Assembly: GCA_000990585.1 (NCBI GenBank)
Contig: LBQD01000002.1
Location: 1-54,015, forward strand
DNA: 54,015 nt
Direction of reading: 5' to 3'
Source: Candidatus Moranbacteria bacterium GW2011_GWE2_35_2-
GTDB taxonomy: Bacteria; Patescibacteriota; Minisyncoccia; Moranbacterales; UBA9337
A program made the translations under genes and the position numbers. The first letter of the stretch is position 1; every line of letters begins with the position of its first letter. Below are positions 39,435 through 47,211 of the stretch, piece after piece. Under the pieces are notes generated by a model. The model was not told the origin of the DNA. It did not search any database and saw nothing but the letters and a program-made list of their open reading frames with translations.

Positions 39435-40214
39435 TTATTTTTCCAACATCCCCCACATCATCTCAAAATATTGCCGATGGGTTTCGGCGAAGTCCCTACT
39501 TTCAATTACGACTACAATATTTTCCTCCTTAGTTGAGAACATGGCGATCTTGTTTCCGAAAATTATTTCCGTTGAAGGAAATTGGAATTCTTTTGGAGCA
39601 AAACGCGTTTCTCGGTTATACTTCAAATCTATTCTTTGAAGCTTTTGCGCCGACTGCGAATCTTCATTAATAGCGCGGCTGGAAAAACCCAGACGAACTT
39701 TCTTTTTTTGAATCTCTTCCAAAAAATTTTCACCCGCAAATTCAATGAATGTTTCAATACGAGCCAAACTCAAAAAGTTTTTGTCCTTGGAAGAAAAAAT
39801 TTCATCCCAGACTTTTCTAAAACCGTTTTCGCCTTCATAAACTTTGATTTGAGGCTTAAAATTATCCCTCTGATCGAGAGCCTTAAGAGTGGGGATAATT
39901 TTTTCTGCTATATTTTTCACCTTTTGAAACTTCGCATGTTCATCATCCAGAAAGGAATAAATCCTATTGGTCGGATTTTCCGCAAGCAATTTTCTTTTCT
40001 TGCCTTTTTTAATTTCTGCAATAAAACCTTTTTTCTTAAGCTTTTCAGTGACATCATAAACTGTTCCGCGGCTCAGTCCAGTATTCACAGAAATTGAAGG
40101 AATGGTTGATTCGCCATTTTCCAAGACCGACAAATACACGATGGCTTCTTTATCGCTTAATTCTAATTGTAAAAGACCGCTCATTGCTTCCTCTTTTTGA
40201 ATTCTGTTTAACAT
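39435..40214 (-). CDS. TrmB family transcriptional regulator (true start may be 40184)
   Basis: LSDKEAIVYLSVLE, SRGTVYD, IFGNKIA...FEMMW; GAGG precedes the Met at 40184. Confidence 0.9.
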   Translation of the reverse strand: MLNRIQKEEAMSGLLQLELSDKEAIVYLSVLENGESTIPSISVNTGLSRGTVYDVTEKLKKKGFIAEIKKGKKRKLLAENPTNRIYSFLDDEHAKFQKVKNIAEKIIPTLKALDQRDNFKPQIKVYEGENGFRKVWDEIFSSKDKNFLSLARIETFIEFAGENFLEEIQKKKVRLGFSSRAINEDSQSAQKLQRIDLKYNRETRFAPKEFQFPSTEIIFGNKIAMFSTKEENIVVVIESRDFAETHRQYFEMMWGMLEK

Positions 40215-40312
40215 AAAATTATAGCGTTAATTTTTATTAAAATCAATAGCATCCGTCGTAAATCAAACAACTTTTGGAATTTATCCTTATTTTAAAGTAA
40301 AATAGTTGCAAT

Positions 40313-40338
40313 AAAAAATGACGACTGCTATCGTCATT
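40313..40338 (-). terminator. Intrinsic terminator between the two TrmB genes
   Basis: Minus strand AATGACGA-tagcag-TCGTCATT followed by a T run. Confidence 0.6.
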
Positions 40339-40435
40339 ATACGAGTTACTACAATAAATGCAAGGTAACCGCGCCAAAATAAACAGGCGAGACTTACCAT
40401 GAACCCCGATATTTTTAAATAAAAAACATATACCT

Positions 40436-41176
40436 TTATAATTTTTCCGCCCCTTTCCAAGCCAGTTCAAAAATCGCTTTTTGAGCATTAGCGATTTCTG
40501 TCGATTCAATAATCATTCCAAACATTTCCGCTCCATAACTGGCGATAGCGACTTTGTTGGCATAAATATTAGTTTCGTTTTTTACGGGAAACTCTTTTTT
40601 ACTCAAAACCCTCGCCTCTCTCAACTGCTCTTTATTTTTGCGCATATATCCACCAATACTTTCACTCTCTATATAAATCCCCCTTGTTCTTACTCCCTTT
40701 TCCACTCGGCGCTTCACATAATCTGAAATATAATCAGGAATATTGTTCAGTATATCTTCTCCGACATAAGCCAAGATTTCATCCCCTTTTTTGAGGCTTT
40801 TCAAGCTGTCATCATACATCGCTTTGATACCCTCACTACCTTCGAAATAACGGATAAAAGGTTTGGTTTTAGGAGAATTGTATAAATTTTGGAGACTGGG
40901 CATTATTTGCCGGATATTTACTTCTTTTTGATGCAATTTTCTGATCAACAATTCAGGATCAGCCGGGGAATAATATTTGATATTACCCTTGATCGTCTTG
41001 TGCACCAATCCCTCTTTCATCAATTGATTGATAATATCATAGACCGTCGGGCGTTTGAGTCCGACTTTTTTGGCAATCAAATAGGCCGTCGCCCCGCCCA
41101 TCTCAAGACAAGACAGATACACATCCGCTTTTTTACCAGCTATCCCGATTTGTTCCAATGCTTGTTTTATTTCCAT
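40436..41176 (-). CDS. TrmB family transcriptional regulator
   Basis: KADVYLSCLEMG, KRPTVYD, RYFEGSEGI, IYANKVAI...FELAW. Confidence 0.9.
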   Translation of the reverse strand: MEIKQALEQIGIAGKKADVYLSCLEMGGATAYLIAKKVGLKRPTVYDIINQLMKEGLVHKTIKGNIKYYSPADPELLIRKLHQKEVNIRQIMPSLQNLYNSPKTKPFIRYFEGSEGIKAMYDDSLKSLKKGDEILAYVGEDILNNIPDYISDYVKRRVEKGVRTRGIYIESESIGGYMRKNKEQLREARVLSKKEFPVKNETNIYANKVAIASYGAEMFGMIIESTEIANAQKAIFELAWKGAEKL

Positions 41177-41206
41177 ATTATTCGTAATTTTCCGACTACT
41201 GAATAT

Positions 41207-41234
41207 ATCTTACCAAAAACACTGTATTTGTCAA
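41207..41234 (-). promoter_or_regulatory. Promoter for the TrmB gene at 40436-41176
   Basis: TTGACA-16 bp-TAAGAT with extended -10 TG. Confidence 0.55.
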
Positions 41235-41371
41235 CAAACAAAGGATTTCTTGGTTTATCGAAAATTTTATATATCCAATTTTAACGGAATATATTGAATA
41301 TATTTCCAAAAAGCGCATACTGATTTATTACAGTTATTTAACAATAAAATACGAAAACAAGAGGTGAAATT

Positions 41372-41545
41372 ATGAAATATATCGCATTGGGAGTATCGCT
41401 AATGTTTATATTGTTTGCCATTGGAGGAATGCTAGAAATAATAGTCAAGAAGCCACAGGGTGCAGAAAGAAAGAATATCTATATCGCTATTGTTGTATTT
41501 ATTTTGTCAGCACTATGGTATGGATCCGCATACTTCATCCCCTAA
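41372..41545 (+). CDS. Small two-TM protein (57 aa, missing from the ORF track)
   Basis: SD GAGGTG; MKYIALGVSLMFILFAIGGMLEIIVKKPQGAERKNIYIAIVVFILSALWYGSAYFIP. Confidence 0.75.
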   Translation: MKYIALGVSLMFILFAIGGMLEIIVKKPQGAERKNIYIAIVVFILSALWYGSAYFIP

Positions 41546-41578
41546 ATTCTTTCCCTATTTCCCTAAAGGAGAAAAATT

Positions 41579-41797
41579 ATGAAACCTATACTAATAGCAG
41601 GATTGATAATTACATGGGGTATAACTATTGGAATTACGTTTTTCATCAACAAGATACTTTTTTCCATACTTGTTATAGGAGAAATAATCGGAGCGCTAAA
41701 TAGATATTCATTCTATGAAAGCCATTCCGTAAGGGAACGCGCCAAGCGATTCTTGTTATTTGCCCTAAGCGTACTGAGCATAATCCTTATTCCTTAA
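41579..41797 (+). CDS. Small membrane protein (72 aa)
   Basis: SD AAGGAG; hydrophobic helices. Confidence 0.7.
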   Translation: MKPILIAGLIITWGITIGITFFINKILFSILVIGEIIGALNRYSFYESHSVRERAKRFLLFALSVLSIILIP

Positions 41798-41812
41798 TAA
41801 AGGAGAGAAATC

Positions 41813-42466
41813 ATGGAAACACAATTATTCTGGGAACCCCTCTGGCTATCTGTACCACTAGGCATGTTATGTTTAACTGGCATCGCAATTATGTTATTTC
41901 TTATTTTCAATATCAACAAGAAAATACGAAACATGAAGGGGATATATCGCGTCGATGATGATTTTTTCACCAGTAGTCACTGGAATGGATATTACCTTAC
42001 AACAGATCGATACAGAAAAGCCAAACGATTCGGCGCCGAGGTGAAACTTGAGAAGGGCGATAAACTCTTCAAGATCCATATTTCTAGAGATAGGTATCTA
42101 TCCACGCACCATCTTTCATCCATTGACAAATTAATAGAAAAAGAAATGCCACTGTTTAAGGTATCTATCGAGCTAATTTTCGAATTCAGCATTTCCGAAG
42201 AATTTAATCCGCAGATAGCGCTTGAAATTCTAGCCTTGCCAGAAATCACAATCGAAGACTACATGGATATTATCTTAAACGAAGAAATTAGGAGGATAAC
42301 CACCAACCAAGAGCTCTATAATCTCCTGGAAAAACTGACTCACGGAAAGACGAATGAGGTTGGCTTGCGATATCAGATCAGAAGAATGATCAATCTTCCA
42401 GAAATTCCTTTCAAAAATATCCAGCCTGCAGGAATCTCTGTAGGTGCAATAACCCTGACTGTCTGA
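41813..42466 (+). CDS. Single-TM protein with a possible divergent SPFH/band-7 domain
   Basis: SD AAGGAG; TM then VSIELIFEFSI, EDYMDIILNEEIRRITTNQELYNLLE, GISVGAITL pattern. Confidence 0.6.
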   Translation: METQLFWEPLWLSVPLGMLCLTGIAIMLFLIFNINKKIRNMKGIYRVDDDFFTSSHWNGYYLTTDRYRKAKRFGAEVKLEKGDKLFKIHISRDRYLSTHHLSSIDKLIEKEMPLFKVSIELIFEFSISEEFNPQIALEILALPEITIEDYMDIILNEEIRRITTNQELYNLLEKLTHGKTNEVGLRYQIRRMINLPEIPFKNIQPAGISVGAITLTV

Positions 42467-42502
42467 AAAATTTATGCTCCACGTGATTACACCAACAATT
42501 TT

Positions 42503-42533
42503 ACCCTGAACCCAGCGCGGTTCAGGGTTTTTT
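42503..42533 (+). terminator. Intrinsic terminator
   Basis: accctgaacc-cagcgc-ggttcagggt followed by a T run. Confidence 0.85.
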
Positions 42534-42704
42534 CAAAAAACCACTTTTACCATTTACATACGACCGTTTCTTAATGGCAATTTTTATGCGATTCGGGTAT
42601 ATAAATAAGTTTCGTATGGATTTTTATTTTTAGCAATCGACAACTTAATTCTTCTCGACTTCACAATAGCTGACTTTTTTCTTATTTTTTGCTAGAATTA
42701 GAAT

Positions 42705-43583
42705 ATGGAAAAATATCCCAAGATATTTGTTGTTGTGCTTAATTACAATGGAAAACGAACGCTAATGGAATGCTTGCGGTCGGTTTTTGACTGCGATTAT
42801 TCCAATTTTGAAGTTGTTTTGGTGGATAATAATTCAACTGACGGATCGTTTGAAACCGCCAAAGCAAAATATCCAAAAATTCACTTTATCAAAAACAACA
42901 AGAACATCGGCTTTGGAGCGGGAAATAATATCGGAATCCGCTTTGCTCTAGAAAAAATGGCAGATTTCGTGTTCCTGCTTAACAATGACGCCTACCTAGA
43001 AAAATCAACCCTATCCATATTAACAGAAGAAGCACAAAAAAATCCATCTTCAGGCATCTTAAATCCACTCATCTTAAATAAAAGCGACGACAGTATTTGG
43101 TTTTCTGGAGGAAAAATAAACTGGTTCAAAATGCGCACATACCATCTTCACACGCCACAGGAGACGCTCAGTACGTTTAAAACCGATTGTGCTACTGGAT
43201 GCGCGATGATGATAAAAAAAGACGTACATCGCAAAATAGGACTTTTTGATGAAGACTTTTTTCTATATTACGAAGATGCGGATTTATCCGTTCGAGCGAA
43301 AAGAAATGGATTTGATCTACTAATAGCTCCCACGGCAACAGTTTGGCATGATGAACAAAGTTCCGCCAGTTCGGAAAAACTATATTGGCTAATCCTGTCC
43401 GGAGTTTTATTCTTTAAAAAAAACACTCCTTGCTTTATAAAACCTTGGTTTTATTTTTATCTTTGGCTAAGAAAAATAAAAAATCGTAAAGATTTAAAAA
43501 AAAACAAAAACAATGAATCAGCAAAGCAAATTGCGCGCGCATTTTCCAATTCTAAAAATAGTGTTGCGCAAATGCGAAAATAA
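42705..43583 (+). CDS. Glycosyltransferase family 2
   Basis: VVVLNYNG, VDNNSTDGS, GFGAGNN, LLNND, FDEDFFLYYEDADL. Confidence 0.93.
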   Translation: MEKYPKIFVVVLNYNGKRTLMECLRSVFDCDYSNFEVVLVDNNSTDGSFETAKAKYPKIHFIKNNKNIGFGAGNNIGIRFALEKMADFVFLLNNDAYLEKSTLSILTEEAQKNPSSGILNPLILNKSDDSIWFSGGKINWFKMRTYHLHTPQETLSTFKTDCATGCAMMIKKDVHRKIGLFDEDFFLYYEDADLSVRAKRNGFDLLIAPTATVWHDEQSSASSEKLYWLILSGVLFFKKNTPCFIKPWFYFYLWLRKIKNRKDLKKNKNNESAKQIARAFSNSKNSVAQMRK

Positions 43584-43591
43584 CAAAAAAT

Positions 43592-44863
43592 ATGCTTCAC
43601 AAATTACTCTATATTTTCGCACTATATTTACCCTTCCAAATTGCCATAAACCCCGTTCCGGGGATAGACTTGGCTTCAATAAGAATTTTTTCTTTGATTA
43701 TTTTTTTTATTTGGCTAGCAAGCAGTCTACAAAGTAAATCAATCTACATACCAAATAAGTTTCTAACTTTTTTAATTACTTCTTTTTTATTTTTTTGTTT
43801 TTTTTCAACCCTAACAGCAGAAAATATCTGGTGGTCGGCACGCAAACTACTCTTTTTACTGTCATTTATTCCTCTTTTTCTTGTTATCAATGGCATTTCT
43901 TGGAATAAAAATAAATTACAAACTTTTTGCTCTTATTTAGTTCTGGGAGCGGGTATTTCAGCCTCAATTGGAATATTTCAATTTATTCTCCAATTTTTTA
44001 TAGGAGTTAGAAATACAACAATATTTTGGTTTGACGCAACAATGCCTTTTTTAGGAAAAACATTTTCTATGGCAGTTTTTCAATACAATAGCTGGCTAGT
44101 TGAAATTGGAGACACAACTCTTATGCGCGCAATCTCTTTTTTTCCCGATCCGCATATGTTTTCCTTTTATTTAAGCATGATTTTTCCAGTTTCTTTGGCT
44201 CTATACTTCCTAACCTACAAAAAGCAATATTTTTTTATTTCTATACTTATACTAATCGCCAACTTTCTTTCATTTTCTCGTGGAGGTTATCTTGGATTTT
44301 TATCCGGATTATTATTTTTTTTAATATTAATTTCTACAAAAAAGATGGAAAAATTTCAAAACCTGAAATATTATGTTGGAATATTTTCCACTTTATTATT
44401 ATTGATAATTTTTATTCCAAATCCAATCAATCAAAGATTTCTTTCCAGTTTTAATATCAACGAAGGCTCTAATTCGGAAAGAATTCAAATTTGGTCTCAA
44501 GCTCTACACATAATCAAAGAAAATCCGTTTTTTGGTGTTGGAATTGGAAATTATTCCTCAGCAACTAACTCAAACTCGGACTATCGCACGCCAATATATG
44601 CCCACAACACATACCTTGACATTGCTGTTGAAACTGGGATTATCAGTGCCATAATATGGATCACTCTTATCTTATGGTCAATAATAAAATTAGCCCGCAA
44701 TAAATCAAATATTCTTTTTTTTGGATTTAGTGCGGGAATTATCGCTTTTTCAGTTCATTCATTTTTCGATACGGCAATTTTTTCTGTCCATATTCTGCCT
44801 GTTTTGATATTTTTTTCTTCTTTTGCAATAATTAAATATGACTCAAATACTTCAATTTTATAA
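43592..44863 (+). CDS. O-antigen ligase/Wzy_C family membrane protein
   Basis: RAISFFPDPH, SFSRGG, RIQIW, GVGIGN, AHNTYL. Confidence 0.88.
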   Translation: MLHKLLYIFALYLPFQIAINPVPGIDLASIRIFSLIIFFIWLASSLQSKSIYIPNKFLTFLITSFLFFCFFSTLTAENIWWSARKLLFLLSFIPLFLVINGISWNKNKLQTFCSYLVLGAGISASIGIFQFILQFFIGVRNTTIFWFDATMPFLGKTFSMAVFQYNSWLVEIGDTTLMRAISFFPDPHMFSFYLSMIFPVSLALYFLTYKKQYFFISILILIANFLSFSRGGYLGFLSGLLFFLILISTKKMEKFQNLKYYVGIFSTLLLLIIFIPNPINQRFLSSFNINEGSNSERIQIWSQALHIIKENPFFGVGIGNYSSATNSNSDYRTPIYAHNTYLDIAVETGIISAIIWITLILWSIIKLARNKSNILFFGFSAGIIAFSVHSFFDTAIFSVHILPVLIFFSSFAIIKYDSNTSIL

Positions 44864-46052
44864 AAAATACTCCGATTATAATAACTTCCTTGCTATAATC
44901 ATCTTTCTGGCTCCATTATATTTGCTTCGTTTTTCTATTTTTAATATTCCCACAAATTTTCTTGAAATTTCAATTTTAATTGTCTTGTTTTTTTATTTAA
45001 TTTTCAGCCAAAACAACAAAACGAAAATACAAATTGAAAAAAAATATCTCATTCTAATCGCATTTCTTTTTTTAGGCTTAATTTCTTCTGCTTTCTATAA
45101 TCAAAACTTAATGCAAGAATTTGGAATTATCAAAAGTTGGTTTGTTTTTCCCCTTATCTTTTCTTTTTTACTAATCAAAAATGTAAAAAACATACAAAAT
45201 GCGGACAAAATACTAAAAGCTTATTTTTTCTCAGCATCAATAATATCCTTACTTGGATTATTTTTCATCGCAACTAATCGTCTTACTTTTGACGGAAGAC
45301 TAGAAATTTTCTATACTTCTCCGAATTATCTGGCAATGTTTCTTGCTTCGGCTGTTTTAATCGGATTTTATTTTTTGCACAGCAAACCCGCTTCAAAAAC
45401 ACTCTTGATTATTCAGATAATAATTTTAATAAATTTATATTTTACCTATTCATATTCAGCTTGGATAGCAATTATATTTAGCACAATTTTATTTTTTCTT
45501 ATCATAAATAAAAATATATTTGATAAGAAAAAAATTATTTTTTTCTCGCTTTTAATCCTTCTGCTCACTGCTTTTCAAATTAATAATCAAAAAATACAAG
45601 ATATATTTAATCCAAAAAATCACTCCTCATTAGAATCTCGCTTTGTCATTTGGCATTCAACAACTAAAATAATCACAGATAATTTTTGGCTAGGAATCGG
45701 ACCAGGAAATTTTCAAGAAAAATATTTGGAATATCAGAAATATTTTCCTCCTTATCCAGAATGGGCAGTCCCTCATCCGCATAATATTTTTCTAGCTTTT
45801 TGGCTACAATCCGGACTAATTGGATTAGTGTCTTTTGTTTTGCTGATTATATTTTGGCTACAGTCTGTTTTTTCAAAAACATCCAAACAAAAAAACGCTT
45901 CACAAAAAAGACTAGGAGCGTTTCTTATTATAGTTATATTGTATTTTTTAATACATGGAATGATTGACACTACTTATTGGAAAAATGATCTATCGCTTTA
46001 CTTTTGGATCTTTTTTTCACTTGGAATATTTTTCACCAACATTAAAGATTAA
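44838..46052 (+). CDS. O-antigen ligase/Wzy_C family membrane protein (second paralogue)
   Basis: GRLEIFYTSPNYL, TYSYSAW, SRFVIW, GIGPGNF, HPHNIFL, HGMIDT. Confidence 0.88.
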   Translation: MTQILQFYKKYSDYNNFLAIIIFLAPLYLLRFSIFNIPTNFLEISILIVLFFYLIFSQNNKTKIQIEKKYLILIAFLFLGLISSAFYNQNLMQEFGIIKSWFVFPLIFSFLLIKNVKNIQNADKILKAYFFSASIISLLGLFFIATNRLTFDGRLEIFYTSPNYLAMFLASAVLIGFYFLHSKPASKTLLIIQIIILINLYFTYSYSAWIAIIFSTILFFLIINKNIFDKKKIIFFSLLILLLTAFQINNQKIQDIFNPKNHSSLESRFVIWHSTTKIITDNFWLGIGPGNFQEKYLEYQKYFPPYPEWAVPHPHNIFLAFWLQSGLIGLVSFVLLIIFWLQSVFSKTSKQKNASQKRLGAFLIIVILYFLIHGMIDTTYWKNDLSLYFWIFFSLGIFFTNIKD

Positions 46053-47199
46053 TTCGATATAGCCTATTATCAATTCTATTTGTAAAAAACAACGCATCTT
46101 CCGATGGAGAAAGAAATAATTTATCCGCATCATAATCCTCCTTTATATCATTTAATTCAACCAGCCGAACTCTTTCACCTGTCTGAGTATTTACCTTCCA
46201 GAAGATATCTTTTGTGAAAAATTTACCTGTCCGATAATCATTTGGCATCACCACGCTGGGCTCAATAGCAGTCGGTACAGCACAAAAAATAAAAGAATCA
46301 TCTTTTGACCACACGCATTTAGAAACGAGAGTTGGAATATTCAGGTCCTCATATTTTTCACCGTGCTCATTTGAAATTCCCAGCTTCATTCCGCTGCCAT
46401 TTGCATCAGAAACAGAGCTAATTAAAATTCTACTTCCATCATTTGACCAAAGATAATCCGCTCCATAGCGCTCAGTTTCTTTACTAATAATTTCTGCTTC
46501 ATTAGCGCTGTTTCCGGAAATACCGATAACGGACGCTTTTTTCAGCTGTGTTTTTTCATTTGCCACTGGAAGATTCCAAAAAAAGATACTGTTTTTATTT
46601 TTAACTGAAGCAATTGATATCATTTTCCATGGAATATCGGCAATTTTTCTTTCATTTTTTCCATCCGCTTGGGCAATCATAAGTGAACGCGTTCCATCCG
46701 CTTGATTATATTTTTTATATACAATACGACTATCTGATCCTGCCCAAACCGCATAATCCATTAGTTGTTCATATTCTTTTATCTCCCCTTTTTTATACTC
46801 ATACAAAACATATCTTTTATTTTTGTTTTCATCTTCCAATAACACAATTGCCTTATCTCTTTCTGGAGACCAATCAAAATCTTTGATTATTGTAATCGCA
46901 CTTCTATTGAAATTCTTTTTTAATGTTCCAAGAAATGAAATGGAAAATAATTCCCCTTTTTCGGAAAAATAAATCAGTTTTTCATTATTTTGATCAATTT
47001 GAGAAAAAAACATTTTTTCATTCCCGATTGAAAAAATTTTTTTATCTTCCTCCTCCTTGTTTTTTATCTTAGAATTTTCATCCTCAATAACTGCAACATC
47101 ATCTTTTTCCATAGGAGAACGAAAAGATATATTATAAGCGACAAAAAAAATAAAAACAAAAACAAGCGCTGATAGAGAAAATGCAAATACTTTTTTCAT
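46042..47199 (-). CDS. Membrane-anchored beta-propeller-like protein
   Basis: N-terminal TM; repeated WSP/WSND/WSKD/LSPSE blade-like motifs. Confidence 0.7.
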   Translation of the reverse strand: MKKVFAFSLSALVFVFIFFVAYNISFRSPMEKDDVAVIEDENSKIKNKEEEDKKIFSIGNEKMFFSQIDQNNEKLIYFSEKGELFSISFLGTLKKNFNRSAITIIKDFDWSPERDKAIVLLEDENKNKRYVLYEYKKGEIKEYEQLMDYAVWAGSDSRIVYKKYNQADGTRSLMIAQADGKNERKIADIPWKMISIASVKNKNSIFFWNLPVANEKTQLKKASVIGISGNSANEAEIISKETERYGADYLWSNDGSRILISSVSDANGSGMKLGISNEHGEKYEDLNIPTLVSKCVWSKDDSFIFCAVPTAIEPSVVMPNDYRTGKFFTKDIFWKVNTQTGERVRLVELNDIKEDYDADKLFLSPSEDALFFTNRIDNRLYRINL

Positions 47200-47211
47200 G
47201 TTTTTAAAATT

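Noticed and set aside
40364-40407. Fluoride-riboswitch-like start (ggttcatggtaagtctcgcc)
   Set aside because: The consensus match is poor and no crcB or related gene follows
40243-40509. 88-aa ORF between the TrmB genes
   Set aside because: It overlaps the upstream TrmB gene in another frame and runs through a terminator
39067-42620. Terminal inverted repeats for the TrmB island (atacgaaa / tttcgtat)
   Set aside because: An 8-bp match in AT-rich DNA is expected by chance, and there is no transposase or target-site duplication
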